Notes: a model not told the origin generated them from the letters alone. 64,000 bases of DNA from Acidobacteriota bacterium (GCA_027315185.1 DAHUYO010000006.1:395-64394), one strand, 5' to 3'. Shown: positions 28,836 through 39,670, counted from the first letter of the stretch. Numbers and translations are program-made.

Positions 28836-29584
28836 CGTCCCGCCGCCAACGGCGGCGGCGCGCCCAACGCCTGTTCCAGCGCCCGGCGCTGCGCCGCGAT
28901 CAGCTCCGCAATGCCGCTCCTGGCCAGCGCGAACAGCGCCTGCGCTTGCGCCTCGTCAAAGGGCGCGCCCTCGGCCGTTCCCTGAATTTCCACGAACTTA
29001 CCGCCGCCGGTCAGCACGATGTTCATGTCCACTTCGGCGCGGGAGTCCTCGGTGTAGTTCAAATCCAGCACCGCCTCGCCCGCCACCACGCCCACGCTCA
29101 CCGCCGCCAAATAATCCTTTAGCGCGCTGGCCGCCAGCGTTTTGGACTGCCGCATCCGCTCCAGCGCCAGTGCCGCGGCGACGAATCCGCCGGTGATCGC
29201 CGCCGTGCGCGTGCCGCCGTCGGCTTGCAGCACGTCGCAGTCGAGAATCAGCGTCCGCTCCCCCATTCGGCCCAGGTCCACCACCGCCCGCAGCGCCCGG
29301 CCGATCAGGCGTTGAATCTCATGGCTGCGGCCCGAGACGCGCCCCTTGCTCACCTCCCGCGGCGTCCGCGTCAGCGTCGCCCGCGGCAGCATCGCATATT
29401 CCGCCGTCAGCCAGCCTTTGCCCTGGCCGCGCAGAAAGCCCGGCACCGTGTCCTCGATCGTCGCCGCGCACAGCACTCGGGTGTGGCCGACGGAGATTAG
29501 CGCCGATCCCTCGGCGGTGGGCAGAAAATCCGGTTCAATCGTCACCGGACGCAGTTGTTGCGGAGCACGCAGATCAGCACGCAT
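28832..29584 (-). CDS. rph: Ribonuclease PH
   Basis: 250 aa starting '[39 protein letters not shown]', with '...[12 protein letters not shown]'. The longer 484-aa ORF is an antisense-of-nuoI extension. Confidence 0.9.
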   Translation of the reverse strand: MRADLRAPQQLRPVTIEPDFLPTAEGSALISVGHTRVLCAATIEDTVPGFLRGQGKGWLTAEYAMLPRATLTRTPREVSKGRVSGRSHEIQRLIGRALRAVVDLGRMGERTLILDCDVLQADGGTRTAAITGGFVAAALALERMRQSKTLAASALKDYLAAVSVGVVAGEAVLDLNYTEDSRAEVDMNIVLTGGGKFVEIQGTAEGAPFDEAQAQALFALARSGIAELIAAQRRALEQALGAPPPLAAGR

Positions 29585-29674
29585 TCTTTTGAGTCTAGCC
29601 TGCCGCCCGCGCCTGCGGCGCCGCGCGGCGGAGGCGTTGCCCCCGAGCGCGCTTCGCCTGTCTATAATCAAGCT

Positions 29675-30133
29675 ATGGGCTCTCCGGTCAAGGACGCAAT
29701 CGCCATCGCCAAGGGTATGGGCGTAACCCTCAAGAACATGTTCCAGCCCGCGGTGACGGAGTTCTATCCCGACGAGCCGGTGCATTTCGAGGAGCGCTAT
29801 CGCGGCGTGCACGTATTGCAGCGCGATGAGAACGGTTTGGAAAAATGCGTCGCCTGCTTTCTCTGCGCCGCCGCCTGCCCCAGCAACTGCATTTACATCG
29901 AGGCCGCCGACAATACCGCCGAGCAGCGCATCAGCGGCGCCGAGCGCTACGCCTCGGTGTACAACATTGATTACAACCGCTGCATTTTCTGCGGCTACTG
30001 TGTGGAAGCCTGCCCCACCGACGCCATCACCCACGGCCATGGTTTTGAACTGGCCACCTACGACGCGAGCAATTTGATTTACCGCAAGGAGCAGCTGCTC
30101 GCCCCCGTGCCCGCCGCCGACCAGGCCCGATAG
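29675..30133 (+). CDS. nuoI: NADH-quinone oxidoreductase subunit I (2x[4Fe-4S] ferredoxin-type), stand-alone
   Basis: '[17 protein letters not shown]' and '[17 protein letters not shown]' cluster motifs. 'RGVHVL' NuoI-type N-terminus. Confidence 0.85.
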   Translation: MGSPVKDAIAIAKGMGVTLKNMFQPAVTEFYPDEPVHFEERYRGVHVLQRDENGLEKCVACFLCAAACPSNCIYIEAADNTAEQRISGAERYASVYNIDYNRCIFCGYCVEACPTDAITHGHGFELATYDASNLIYRKEQLLAPVPAADQAR

Positions 30134-30349
30134 CCGCGGAGCCATTGCGTACCCGCCCGGCGGCTTCGCCGCCGCGTGGCCTGGGACAATCCGGCAGCAA
30201 GGGGCGCCGAACCGGGCCGTTTCCGACTGACGATCGCAGGGGATGGGCGTAGTCCCGTTTCGGCCTGGGTGGTAATGCCCTACCAAAGGTGCGAAACCGG
30301 AGCCAAGAGCGAACCCTGCTGCTCCCGCTGAAAACCTCCATCCCGACGA

Positions 30350-33300
30350 TTGGCGTCAGAAGCGGAAGTGAGCACCGTTTCCCTCCCGCTCCCGTCATCC
30401 ACGGTGGCGCAGACCGCCCCGCTGAGCTGGCAGCAAGAGCAGATTTGGCTGCATGGCCAATGGGCGGGCGCGGCGCCCATCTATCAAGAGACGGTAGCCA
30501 TTCGCCGCCAGGGCGGCTTTGCGGAAGCGCCCTTGCGTTCCATGCTCGCCGCTTGGGTGGCGCGCCATGACATTCTGCGCACGACATTCGGGGCCGGGGC
30601 CGATGCGCCCGTCCAGCGAGTCGCCGCCCAGGCCGAAACGGCGCCGCTGTCCATCGTGGACGTCGCCAGCGAAGCGGACGCCCTGGCGCTGGCGCAGGCC
30701 GATGCGTGCACCCCCATGGATTTGGCCAATGGTCCGTTGGTGCGCGCCCGCTGGACGCGGTGGCCCGAGGGGCAAGGCGTCTATTTAACGTTGCATCATT
30801 TGATTTTCGATGGCGCCACCGTGCGCCAAATCTGGCTGCCGGAGTGGGCCCTAGCCTATGGCGCCGGCAGTTCGGGAGCGGCGGCGCCCATGGCCGCGCC
30901 GGGCTACGCGGAGTACGCCCGCTGGCAGCGCCAGACTCCCGATGCCGCCGCCGAGCGGGCCGCCGAACATCGCGATTTCTGGCGCCGCCACTATCAGGGG
31001 GAGTGGCCGCGACTGGAGTTGGGCGGCGACCCCGCTGCGCCACGCTTCGCCGCCGTGAGCCGGCGCTTCAGATTGGAGCCCGCCTTGTGGGCGGCGCTGG
31101 CCCGGACCGCCTCCGCCTCCCGCGCCACGCCCTTCATGGTCCTGCTCGCCGCCTACGCGGCGCTGCTTCATCGCCTGGGCGGGCAGGAAACGGTCATCGT
31201 CGGCCTTCCCGCCGCCGCGCGGGGCGAGCGCCGCTGGGCGCGGCTGGCTGGGCCGATGGTCAATACTCTGGCCCTCCGCTTCGACTGCGGCGGTAATCCC
31301 AGCTTCAGTTCCTTCCTGCGCCAGGCCCGCGACAACCTGCTGGATGCGTTGGCGCATGAAGAGTATCCCTACACGTTGGCCCTGCGCGAGGCGCCGGGGG
31401 AGAGCACCGCCATTGGCTTGGAAGCGTATCTTTCCTTCCAGCCGCCGGATGAACATCCCGTTCCCGGTTGGGAACTCAGCCATCTGGAGGTGGAAACCAG
31501 CGTTAGCAAGTTTCCTCTTCACTTCGATATGGAAGCTGTCGCCGGCGGCGCCGAGGGCCGCTGCCATTGTCAGCGCTCGCGCGTGGACGCCGCCTTGGCT
31601 ACGGCGCTGCCGGAACATTGGCAGGTGCTGTTGGCAGGCGCCGGCGCCGATGCGGAGCAGCGCCTCGGCGCGCTGCCGCTGCTGTCGGCCGAGCAACGCC
31701 GCGCCGTGCTGGCCCTCAGCCGCGGCCCGGAACCCGTGCTGCCGGCCGGCTCGGTGGCCGAAGTGTTTGCCCGCCAGGCGGCGGCGACGCCAGAGGCGGT
31801 GGCCGTGGTGGCGTTGGAACCCGCAGCGGCGCCGGGGGCCGCGCCGCCCCGCCGCGTGCTCACCTACGCCGTGCTCCAGCACCAGGCCGAACAACTGGGG
31901 CGCGGCCTGCGCCGCGCCGGCGTCGCCCGCGGCGACGTGGTGGCCCTGGCGCTGCCGCGTTCGGCGGATACCATCGCCATCTTTTTGGCCCTGCTTGCCT
32001 GCGGCGTCGCTTATCTGCCGCTGGAACTCGATGATCCGCCGCAGCGGCGGCAGCGGCAGTGGCAAGCCGCCGGCGCGCGCTGGGTGATCGGACGCGGCGA
32101 GAGCGGCCTGCGCGCGTTGGCGATCGCGGAGCTGATGCGCCTTGGCGCCGCCCCCGAAGCCACGCCGCTTCCCGCTGTCCCGCCGGAAGCCATCGCCTAC
32201 ATCATGTGCACCTCGGGCTCGACCGGCGAGCAACTGCCCGTCCGCATTCCCCATCGCGGCATCCTGCGCTTGGTTGCCAACCCTGGCTATGCACATTTTG
32301 GCGACGACGAGACGTATTTGTTGCTGGCGCCGCTGGGTTTCGATGCCTCCACCTTTGAGATCTGGGCGCCGCTGCTGAACGGCGGCCGCTTGGTGATTCC
32401 TCCTCCCGGTCTGCCCACGGCCGGCGAGTTGGGCGATTGGATCCGCCAGGAAGAAGTGACGACGCTGTGGCTGACCACCGCGTTGTTCAACACCGTCATC
32501 GAGACCGCGCCCCAGGCGCTGGCGCCCCTGCGGCAGCTGCTCACCGGCGGCGAGGTGATGTCGTTGCGCCACATCCGCCAGGCGCGGCAGTCGCTGCCCG
32601 GCGTGGCCCTGTTCAATGCCTACGGGCCGACCGAAAACACCACGTTCACCACGATGCACCCGGTCGCCGGCACCTCCGGCCCCATGCCCCTCGGTCGTCC
32701 CATCGCCCATTCCCAAGCCTACGTCGTGGACCAGTATGGCGAACTGGCCGCCGCCGGCGCCGCCGGCGAGCTGTGGGTGGGGGGACTGGGCCTGGCGGCG
32801 GGTTACGTCGGCGGCCGAGCGGCGGAACGCTTCGTCACTCCCAGCTGGCTGGGCGGCGCACGGTTGTTCCGCAGCGGCGACCGCATGCGCTGGGAAAATG
32901 GCGAGTTGGCTTTTCTTGGCCGCCGCGATCAGCAGATCAAGCTGCGCGGCCTGCGCGTCGAGTTGTCCGCGCTGGAAGCGCATCTGGCCCGCCAGCCCGG
33001 CGTGCGCCAGGTGGCCGTGCTGGCCTCCGGCGCCGGCGCCGACCAGATGCTGACCGCGTTCGTCGCCGCGCACGACACCACGGCTGAGGTCTTGCGCTCC
33101 CGCCTCGCCGCCGAGCTGCCCGCCGCCACCATCCCCACTCGCTGGGTGATTCGCCCCGAGCTGCCTTGCCTGCCCAGCGGCAAACTGGATCGCCGCCGGC
33201 TGCCCGCCCTGGCCCCCGCGCTGCGGCGTGAGCCGCCCGCCGCGCACGCAATGTCGCTCCGGGAAGAGCAACTGCGCGCCATTTGGGAGCGTGCGTTGGG

Positions 33301-34336
33301 GCGCGACGGCATCGGCCGGGAGGATGACTTTTTCTCCTTGGGCGGGCACTCCCTGACCGCCCTGCGCATCTGCGCCGAAATGGAACGCCGCTTCGGGCGC
33401 CGTCTGCCGCTGGCCGCCCTGCCGGCGTACCGCACCATCGCCGCGCAAGCCGCCTGGCTGGAGCAAGGCGGCGCGGCGGCGCCGGTGGGCGAAAATCCAC
33501 GCGCCGTTCCGTTACAAACCGGCGATCCGGAGCGCCCTTGCATCTATTCGGTCGAGGCCGGAGACCGCTTCCTGCGCGTCGCCGAGCAGATGGGTCCCGA
33601 GCAGCCCTGGTGGAGCCTGCGCCTGGCCTCGCTGGCCGAGCTGCCGCACCCCAGTCCGATGGCCGCCATTGCCGCGTATCACATCCGCACGCTGCGGCAG
33701 CTCCAGCCAGAGGGGCCCTATTTCCTGACGGCATGGTGCCAAAACGGCGTCGTGGCGTTCGAGATGGCGCGGCAACTCGCCGCCGCCGGGCAGCATGTCG
33801 CGTGCTTGGCGTTGATTGATGCCGTCAGTCCCGCCTACTTGCGCCGCGTGGGTGGTTTTTGGTGGCCGATCTTTCGTAGCCGTTACGCCTGGCACCAGTG
33901 GCGCCTGCGGCGCCAAGGCGTCGGCGCGCTGACGGTCAATCGCGAGGCTGCGGCCTGGTCCAGCCCCGCCGGCGCCACCTGGCGCCGCTGGCTGTACCGC
34001 TGGCGGCGGCCCGCCGATCCGCCTCGCCTCGGCGAGCCCGCGGCGGTCGTGCAGCACGCTTTGCGCCGCTATCGCCCCGCCCCCTATCCCGGCCGCATCG
34101 TGCTGTTCCGGTCCCAGCACCAGATTCTTTCCTTCCGCGGCATGGGCCGGTTTCGCGATCCCAAGATGGGTTGGGAGGAATTGGCCGCCGGCGGATTGGA
34201 CATCCGCGAGATCATGGGCGGCCATACGGAAATTTTTGCGCCGCCGGGCGGCGCGGCCATGGCCCGCATCTTCGCCCACATTGTCACGGCCGCGGGCGTT
34301 CCGCTTCCCGTGGGCTGCGGGCAGGAATCATCATGA
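30350..34336 (+). CDS. Non-ribosomal peptide synthetase, single module C-A-T-TE
   Basis: C domain '[11 protein letters not shown]' (HHxxxDG). A-domain cores 'TSGSTGE', 'NAYGPTE', 'FRSGDRMRW', '[16 protein letters not shown]', '[10 protein letters not shown]'. PCP '[12 protein letters not shown]'. TE region '[20 protein letters not shown]...LIDA...GGHTEIF'. Confidence 0.9.
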   Translation: MASEAEVSTVSLPLPSSTVAQTAPLSWQQEQIWLHGQWAGAAPIYQETVAIRRQGGFAEAPLRSMLAAWVARHDILRTTFGAGADAPVQRVAAQAETAPLSIVDVASEADALALAQADACTPMDLANGPLVRARWTRWPEGQGVYLTLHHLIFDGATVRQIWLPEWALAYGAGSSGAAAPMAAPGYAEYARWQRQTPDAAAERAAEHRDFWRRHYQGEWPRLELGGDPAAPRFAAVSRRFRLEPALWAALARTASASRATPFMVLLAAYAALLHRLGGQETVIVGLPAAARGERRWARLAGPMVNTLALRFDCGGNPSFSSFLRQARDNLLDALAHEEYPYTLALREAPGESTAIGLEAYLSFQPPDEHPVPGWELSHLEVETSVSKFPLHFDMEAVAGGAEGRCHCQRSRVDAALATALPEHWQVLLAGAGADAEQRLGALPLLSAEQRRAVLALSRGPEPVLPAGSVAEVFARQAAATPEAVAVVALEPAAAPGAAPPRRVLTYAVLQHQAEQLGRGLRRAGVARGDVVALALPRSADTIAIFLALLACGVAYLPLELDDPPQRRQRQWQAAGARWVIGRGESGLRALAIAELMRLGAAPEATPLPAVPPEAIAYIMCTSGSTGEQLPVRIPHRGILRLVANPGYAHFGDDETYLLLAPLGFDASTFEIWAPLLNGGRLVIPPPGLPTAGELGDWIRQEEVTTLWLTTALFNTVIETAPQALAPLRQLLTGGEVMSLRHIRQARQSLPGVALFNAYGPTENTTFTTMHPVAGTSGPMPLGRPIAHSQAYVVDQYGELAAAGAAGELWVGGLGLAAGYVGGRAAERFVTPSWLGGARLFRSGDRMRWENGELAFLGRRDQQIKLRGLRVELSALEAHLARQPGVRQVAVLASGAGADQMLTAFVAAHDTTAEVLRSRLAAELPAATIPTRWVIRPELPCLPSGKLDRRRLPALAPALRREPPAAHAMSLREEQLRAIWERALGRDGIGREDDFFSLGGHSLTALRICAEMERRFGRRLPLAALPAYRTIAAQAAWLEQGGAAAPVGENPRAVPLQTGDPERPCIYSVEAGDRFLRVAEQMGPEQPWWSLRLASLAELPHPSPMAAIAAYHIRTLRQLQPEGPYFLTAWCQNGVVAFEMARQLAAAGQHVACLALIDAVSPAYLRRVGGFWWPIFRSRYAWHQWRLRRQGVGALTVNREAAAWSSPAGATWRRWLYRWRRPADPPRLGEPAAVVQHALRRYRPAPYPGRIVLFRSQHQILSFRGMGRFRDPKMGWEELAAGGLDIREIMGGHTEIFAPPGGAAMARIFAHIVTAAGVPLPVGCGQESS

Positions 34337-36114
34337 TCCCAGACTGGTTGTCTTCCATCGCCGAACATGCGCGGCGGCGCCCTCAGGCCTTGGCGATTGT
34401 CGCCGCGGGGAAATCCCTCACCTACGAGGAGTTGGTGGCGCGTGCCCAGGGGTTGGCCGCGCGCTTGGCCGCAGCCGGCTTGGGACGCGAAAGCCTGGTG
34501 GCCCTGGCTCTGCCCAATGGCCTGGCCCGCGCCGCCGCCACGCTGGCGGTGCTCCAAGCCGGCGCCGCCTATCTACCGCTGAGTCCCAACGATCCTCCTG
34601 GACGCCTGGAGTCGGTGCTTTGGGATTCCGGCGCGGAACTGCTGCTGGCGCCGCCGGAACTGGCCCAGCACCTGGCGACCGGCCCTTGGTCCACATGGGT
34701 CATCCAGGGCCTAGAGGATCTGACCGATGGTGGTGGGCCCATTCCCCTGCCGACCGCGGCGCCGGAGGATCTCGGCTATGTGATCTATACCTCCGGTTCG
34801 ACCGGAGCGCCGAAGGGCGTGGAGATCGAGCGCTGCGCTCTGGCGCAGCTGATCGCCTGGCACCAGCGCGAATACCAGGTCACTCCCGCCGACCGCGCTT
34901 CGCTTCTGGTCCATCCCGCGTTTGACGCCGCCGTCTGGGAGTTGTGGCCCTATTGGGCGGCCGGCGCCAGCCTGCACGTAGCGCCGCCAGAGGCGCGGCT
35001 CGATCCGCGGGCACTGCGCGACTGGCTGCTGAGCGAGCGGATTACGATTGCAATCGCCGCCACCCCGCTGGCCGAACAGCTCATCACGCTGCCCTGGCCG
35101 GCGGAGACTCCGCTGCGGGCGTTGCTGACGGGCGGCGATCGGTTGCGCCGCCGCCCGCCCGCCGGTCTTCCATTTCCCCTGATCAATCATTACGGACCGA
35201 CGGAAGCCACCGTCGTCACCACCTATGGTTCGGTGCCGCCGGCGGGCGAGGGTCTGCCGACGATCGGCCGGCCGGTGCCCTATCTGGAGGTCCGCATCTG
35301 CGCTGGCGACTTGGCCCCCGTCGCCGCCGGCGACTCGGGGGAACTGTGCATCGCCGGCGCCGCGCTGGCCCGCGGCTACCGCCGCGACCCCCGGCTGACC
35401 GCGGAACGCTTCGTCATGGAATCGGCAACTGGGCGGCGGTGGTATCGCAGCGGCGATTGCGCCCGCTGGCGCGCGGACGGCGCCCTGGAGTTTCTGGGCC
35501 GGGCCGACCGGCAGGTGAAGATCCGGGGCTGGCGCATTGAGCCCGCCGAGATCGAGCGCCAGCTCATCGCCCATCCCGCCGTCGCGGCCGCCATCGTCGA
35601 AGTGGCGGCTCCCAGCCGTGGCGATCCTGCGGCGGATCCCCGCTTGGTCGCCTATTTGGCGGCTTGCGGCGCCGAGCGTCCAGGGCTGGCGGCGATGCGC
35701 GCGTTTCTCCGCTCCGAGCTGCCGGAACCGATGCTGCCCTCCGAGGTCCGCTGGCTGGCGGAGATGCCGCAGACGGCGCAAGGCAAATGGGATCGCGCCG
35801 CCCTGGCCACGGCGCCGGTGCTGGCCGCCGACGACGCCGCCGAGCCAGTGGCGGCGGCAGCCCTCAGCTCCACGGTCGCGGCGCTGGCTGGCATTCTCGC
35901 CGAAGCGCTGGGCGCCGACAGCGTCGGACCGGATCAAGATTTTTTCCTGCTCGGCGGACACTCCTTGCTGGGCGTGCAATTGATCGCCCGCGTGCGCGAG
36001 GAAATGGGCGTCGCCTTGCCCCTGCGCGCCATCTTCGACCATCCCACCGCCGCGCGCCTGGCGGAGGAAATTGACCGGCGTCGCGCGGGAGCCGCGCTGG
36101 AGGCGGCCCGCTAA
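34333..36114 (+). CDS. Free-standing adenylation-PCP (A-T) didomain protein
   Basis: ATGA overlap with the NRPS stop. 'YTSGSTGAPKGV', 'NHYGPTE', 'YRSGDCARW', 'GRADRQVKIRGWRIE', 'QGKWDRAAL'. PCP 'FFLLGGHSLLGV'. Confidence 0.9.
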   Translation: MIPDWLSSIAEHARRRPQALAIVAAGKSLTYEELVARAQGLAARLAAAGLGRESLVALALPNGLARAAATLAVLQAGAAYLPLSPNDPPGRLESVLWDSGAELLLAPPELAQHLATGPWSTWVIQGLEDLTDGGGPIPLPTAAPEDLGYVIYTSGSTGAPKGVEIERCALAQLIAWHQREYQVTPADRASLLVHPAFDAAVWELWPYWAAGASLHVAPPEARLDPRALRDWLLSERITIAIAATPLAEQLITLPWPAETPLRALLTGGDRLRRRPPAGLPFPLINHYGPTEATVVTTYGSVPPAGEGLPTIGRPVPYLEVRICAGDLAPVAAGDSGELCIAGAALARGYRRDPRLTAERFVMESATGRRWYRSGDCARWRADGALEFLGRADRQVKIRGWRIEPAEIERQLIAHPAVAAAIVEVAAPSRGDPAADPRLVAYLAACGAERPGLAAMRAFLRSELPEPMLPSEVRWLAEMPQTAQGKWDRAALATAPVLAADDAAEPVAAAALSSTVAALAGILAEALGADSVGPDQDFFLLGGHSLLGVQLIARVREEMGVALPLRAIFDHPTAARLAEEIDRRRAGAALEAAR

Positions 36115-37361
36115 TGGCCGCCGCCGATACCGCCGCCGAGCGGCTGACGCTGACCCGCCTGCTGGATCCCGCGGTGCTGGCAGATCCCTATCCGCTCTAC
36201 GCCCGGCTGCGGCGGGAAGCCCCGGTGCATTGGGACCCCTACCTCCATGCCTGGGTCGTGACCCGATACGACGACGTCATCACGGTGCTCCGGCAGTTTT
36301 CCGCCGCCCGGACGCCGAAGCCGGAGCAACTGGCGGCGATCGGCTTGGGCGAATTGGCGCCGGTGGCGGCGGTGCTGGTGCGGCAGATGCTGTTCCTCGA
36401 TCCGCCGGCCCACACCCGCATCCGCGCGCTCGCCGCCCAGGCCTTCACCCCTGGCCGCGTGGCGGCGATGCGCTTCCACATTCGCGACATCGTAGCCCGC
36501 CTGCTGGCGCCGCCCGCGGCCATTGGCCGCATCGAGGTGATCGCCGACCTGGCCGCGCCGCTGCCCAGCATCGTGACCGCGGAGATGCTCGGAGTGCCGG
36601 CGGAAGACCACGAGAGGCTGAAAGCCCTTTCGGCGGAGTTCGCCGGCATCCTCGGCAACTTCCAGCACAACCCCGACCGCGTGGCGCGCATGCTGCATGC
36701 GGTCGAGAGCCTGACGGCCTACTTCCGCCGCCACATCGCCGCCCTGCGCTCCGGGCGGGACCAGCGCAGCGGGCTGGTCGCCTCGTTGCTGGCAGCCGAG
36801 GTGGATGGCGACCGTCTGAGCGAGGAAGAGGTGGTCGCAAACGCCATCATCACCATGGTGGGCGGCCAGGAGACCACCACCAATTTGATCGGCAACGGGC
36901 TCTTGTCCCTGCTCCGCCATCCCGCCGAATGGGCCCGTCTGCGCTGCGACCCAAGCCTGGTTCCCACGGCGGTCGAGGAACTACTGCGCTACGAAAGTCC
37001 CAGTCAGCACACCGCCCGCTTGGCCCCCGCTGACCTAGAGCTAGGCGGGCGGCAGATCCGCCGCGGGCAAGCCGTCGTTGCGGTGATGGCCGCGGCCAAT
37101 CGCGATCCAGAGCAATTTCCCGATCCCGATCGTCTGGACCTCAACCGCCAGCCCAATCACCATGTCGCCTTTGGCTGGGGCGCGCATTTCTGTTTCGGCG
37201 CGGCGCTGGCGCGCATCGAGGGCCAGGAAGCACTGCGCGGCATGGTCGCCGCTTTCCCCCAGTTGGCGTTGACGGCAGAGCCGCTGGTCTGGCGGCCCAA
37301 CCTGGCGCTTCGCGGCCTGGAAGCCTTGCCGCTGGTGGCTGCCGGCAACGGCGCCCCCTAG
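36114..37361 (+). CDS. Cytochrome P450
   Basis: Heme-binding loop 'FGWGAHFCFGAALAR'. ExxR 'EELLRYESP'. Its ATG shares one nt with the A-T stop (TAATG). Confidence 0.9.
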   Translation: MAAADTAAERLTLTRLLDPAVLADPYPLYARLRREAPVHWDPYLHAWVVTRYDDVITVLRQFSAARTPKPEQLAAIGLGELAPVAAVLVRQMLFLDPPAHTRIRALAAQAFTPGRVAAMRFHIRDIVARLLAPPAAIGRIEVIADLAAPLPSIVTAEMLGVPAEDHERLKALSAEFAGILGNFQHNPDRVARMLHAVESLTAYFRRHIAALRSGRDQRSGLVASLLAAEVDGDRLSEEEVVANAIITMVGGQETTTNLIGNGLLSLLRHPAEWARLRCDPSLVPTAVEELLRYESPSQHTARLAPADLELGGRQIRRGQAVVAVMAAANRDPEQFPDPDRLDLNRQPNHHVAFGWGAHFCFGAALARIEGQEALRGMVAAFPQLALTAEPLVWRPNLALRGLEALPLVAAGNGAP

Positions 37362-37409
37362 CCGCGGCGGCAGCATGTCCGGCGCGGAGGCCGATGCTAG
37401 CATCGAGTT

Positions 37410-38243
37410 ATGGCGGATACGGACCTGCGGGAGGCGGTGCGGCAGCGCTACGGCGCGGCGGCGCAGCGGGTGAGCGGCGGTCAGAACAACGGTTGTTGCG
37501 GCGCAGCGCCCATTCAAGGCGGCTGCGACCCCATTACCTCCAATCTTTATGACGCCGAGCAGTTGGCGGGCATGCCGGAGGCGGCGGGACGGGCCTCGCT
37601 CGGTTGCGGCAACCCCACGGCGCTGGCGGATCTCCGGCCGGGCGAGGTAGTGCTGGACCTGGGTTCCGGCGGCGGCTTGGACGTGCTGTTGTCGGCGCGG
37701 CGAGTGGGGCCCGGGGGCAAAGCCTACGGTCTGGACATGACCGACGAGATGCTGGCGCTGGCGCGGGAGAATCAATCGCGCGCCGGCGTCGCCAACGCCG
37801 AGTTTCTCAAAGGTCACATCGAGGAAATTCCGCTGCCCGATGCCAGCGTGGACGTCATCGTTTCCAACTGCGTCGTCAATCTTGCCGCCGACAAGGATCA
37901 AGTGCTGCGCGAAGCTTTCCGCGTGCTGCGGCCCGGCGGTCGCTTGGCCATTAGCGACGTGGTCAGCCGCGGGGCCGCGCCCGTGGCCATCCGGCGCAGC
38001 TTGGAGTTATGGGTGGGCTGCATCGCCGGCGCATTGGAGGAAAGCGACTACCGCGCCAAACTGGCCGCCGCGGGATTCGCCGCGATCACGATCGAGCCCA
38101 CGCGCGTCTATCGGGTTGCGGACGCGCGCGAATTCCTGGCCGGGCAGGGCTGGGACGTGGACGCCATCGCCGCGCAAGTGGATGGGCTGTTTTTCAGCGC
38201 CTTTATTCGCGCGAGCAAGCCTGCAATGCCGCAAGGGGCCTAG
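37410..38243 (+). CDS. arsM: ArsM-like SAM-dependent methyltransferase
   Basis: SAM motif '[13 protein letters not shown]'. Cys pattern typical of arsenite methyltransferases ('GCCG', 'LGCGNP', 'SNCVVNL', 'WVGCIAGAL'). Confidence 0.75.
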   Translation: MADTDLREAVRQRYGAAAQRVSGGQNNGCCGAAPIQGGCDPITSNLYDAEQLAGMPEAAGRASLGCGNPTALADLRPGEVVLDLGSGGGLDVLLSARRVGPGGKAYGLDMTDEMLALARENQSRAGVANAEFLKGHIEEIPLPDASVDVIVSNCVVNLAADKDQVLREAFRVLRPGGRLAISDVVSRGAAPVAIRRSLELWVGCIAGALEESDYRAKLAAAGFAAITIEPTRVYRVADAREFLAGQGWDVDAIAAQVDGLFFSAFIRASKPAMPQGA

Positions 38244-38349
38244 GCCCGCAATGCCGGGCAGGGCGGCGGCGGGACGCGCGCGAAGGGGTGGGTGTCCGCC
38301 CAATCGGGGGAATTGACGCGCGCCGCCGCGGCGTTTCATTCTCGCGGCG

Positions 38350-39582
38350 ATGGCCAACGCCGCCCCATCCAGCCGCCCAACTCCGGCCGCCGCCTCCGAG
38401 ACGGTAGGCATGTGCGGCGTGGGCGGGCCAGAACGTGCGGCCAGCCGCGGAGCGGACGCAAAGGTCGCGGACGCATATGATCGGTGGCGCGCGCAGCTCG
38501 CGGGCAGTTGGCCCGAATTTCTCGCTCGCCGGCAAGCCGCGCTGTGCGCCGGCGGACCGGCGGTGGCCGCGGCGATCACGCACGCATTGCTGACGGCGGT
38601 GCTCGGCTGGCGCAGCGAGGAGATCTGCCGGCAGTATCGGCCGGCGGGGCCGGCACCCGCTGCCCCGGCACGGGCGGAACGGGGTAATGCCATGCGGGAG
38701 CCGGCGGGCGGGCGGACCGCCGAGCCGATCTGGGAACTCGCCGCTTCGCGGCTGCCCATGCCGAGTCCAGAGCCTGCGGAAACCTGGACCACGTTCCAGG
38801 TTGGCACTGGCAACGGGCGGGAGCGTTGCGTGCTGGCGATCTCCAGTCCGGGCGGGATACCGGTGCGGCAAACGGGGCGCTGTCATGCAATGCAGGCGGC
38901 AGCGCAGCGCGCCCGCGTGTTGGGTATCGGCCATGCCGGCGTTTGCGACGGCGGTTTGCTCTACCTCGAAGACGACGATGGCGGCCCGCGGCGCGCGCGG
39001 CTGCGGGTTTGGCTGGGGCAGACGAGCGCGCCGGGTGAACTATGGTGGGCGACGCCGATGGGACTGACGCAGCCGGTGACGCCAATGCAGGCGGCACTTG
39101 TCTTTACGCCGGCCGGCCCGGCGGTGGGGAGCGCCGTGGCGGACGGTTCCGGCGGCGTGGGATTGAAGGCAGGAGCACAACTGCATCCGCGGTTGCAACT
39201 GCCGGCCGCATGTTTCGCCTTTGTGGGCGATCCCATGCGGCCGACCACCTGGAAGCTGCCGTACCGCCGGGCGGATGGCCGCGCCGATCTGCGCCGGCTG
39301 ATCGCGGCGGCGCATCATGCGGCGGCTTCGCTGGCGACTCCGATCAGGGGCGGAGTGCCTTACGGCGAACTGCCGGTGGTTATCCACCGCCTGGCCGATG
39401 CCGCGCGCGAACTGGGCCAACTGTCGCCGGGCAATCGCCACCCCTCGGGCGTATTTCAGCGGCTGGCCGCCGCCGAGCAACGCTGTGGCGGGGTCTCGCC
39501 GCCGCGCATGGGGCCTGACGTGGCACTGCGATCCCCAGCGGTGGGTGCGGGCGGGCCAACGCGCCGAGGGGCCGGACAATGA
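38350..39582 (+). CDS. Hypothetical protein (weakly supported ORF; start uncertain)
   Basis: Longest sense ORF in an otherwise empty 1.3-kb gap. Protein-like stretches (e.g. 'CFAFVGDPMRPTTWKLPYRRADGRADLRRLIAAAHHA'). A hairpin plus T-run lies ~60 nt downstream. No recognisable domain. Confidence 0.3.
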   Translation: MANAAPSSRPTPAAASETVGMCGVGGPERAASRGADAKVADAYDRWRAQLAGSWPEFLARRQAALCAGGPAVAAAITHALLTAVLGWRSEEICRQYRPAGPAPAAPARAERGNAMREPAGGRTAEPIWELAASRLPMPSPEPAETWTTFQVGTGNGRERCVLAISSPGGIPVRQTGRCHAMQAAAQRARVLGIGHAGVCDGGLLYLEDDDGGPRRARLRVWLGQTSAPGELWWATPMGLTQPVTPMQAALVFTPAGPAVGSAVADGSGGVGLKAGAQLHPRLQLPAACFAFVGDPMRPTTWKLPYRRADGRADLRRLIAAAHHAAASLATPIRGGVPYGELPVVIHRLADAARELGQLSPGNRHPSGVFQRLAAAEQRCGGVSPPRMGPDVALRSPAVGAGGPTRRGAGQ

Positions 39583-39639
39583 TCGCCGGCCACGGGCCTT
39601 TTCATGTTGGTGCGGCCGGTTTGAGGGGAATCTTCGGCG

Positions 39640-39670
39640 AACGATGTAACGTCGCTCATCGTTTGTTTTC
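39640..39670 (+). terminator. Candidate intrinsic terminator: AACGATG-N10-CATCGTT followed by TGTTTTC, nested in an outer 9-bp stem (39630-38 / 39682-90)
   Basis: Inverted repeats read directly. The stem is short and only moderately GC-rich. Confidence 0.3.

Noticed and set aside
29585-30286. 234-aa N-terminal extension of rph in the 484-aa ORF model
   Set aside because: The extension is antisense to nuoI and low-complexity. RNase PH homology begins at the Met at 29584, which gives the expected ~250-aa protein.
30851-33466. 871-aa minus-strand ORF and other long ORFs opposite the NRPS genes (also 34711-36042 and 36111-36920)
   Set aside because: They are antisense to genes with complete sets of NRPS and P450 core motifs. 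Typical high-GC artefacts.
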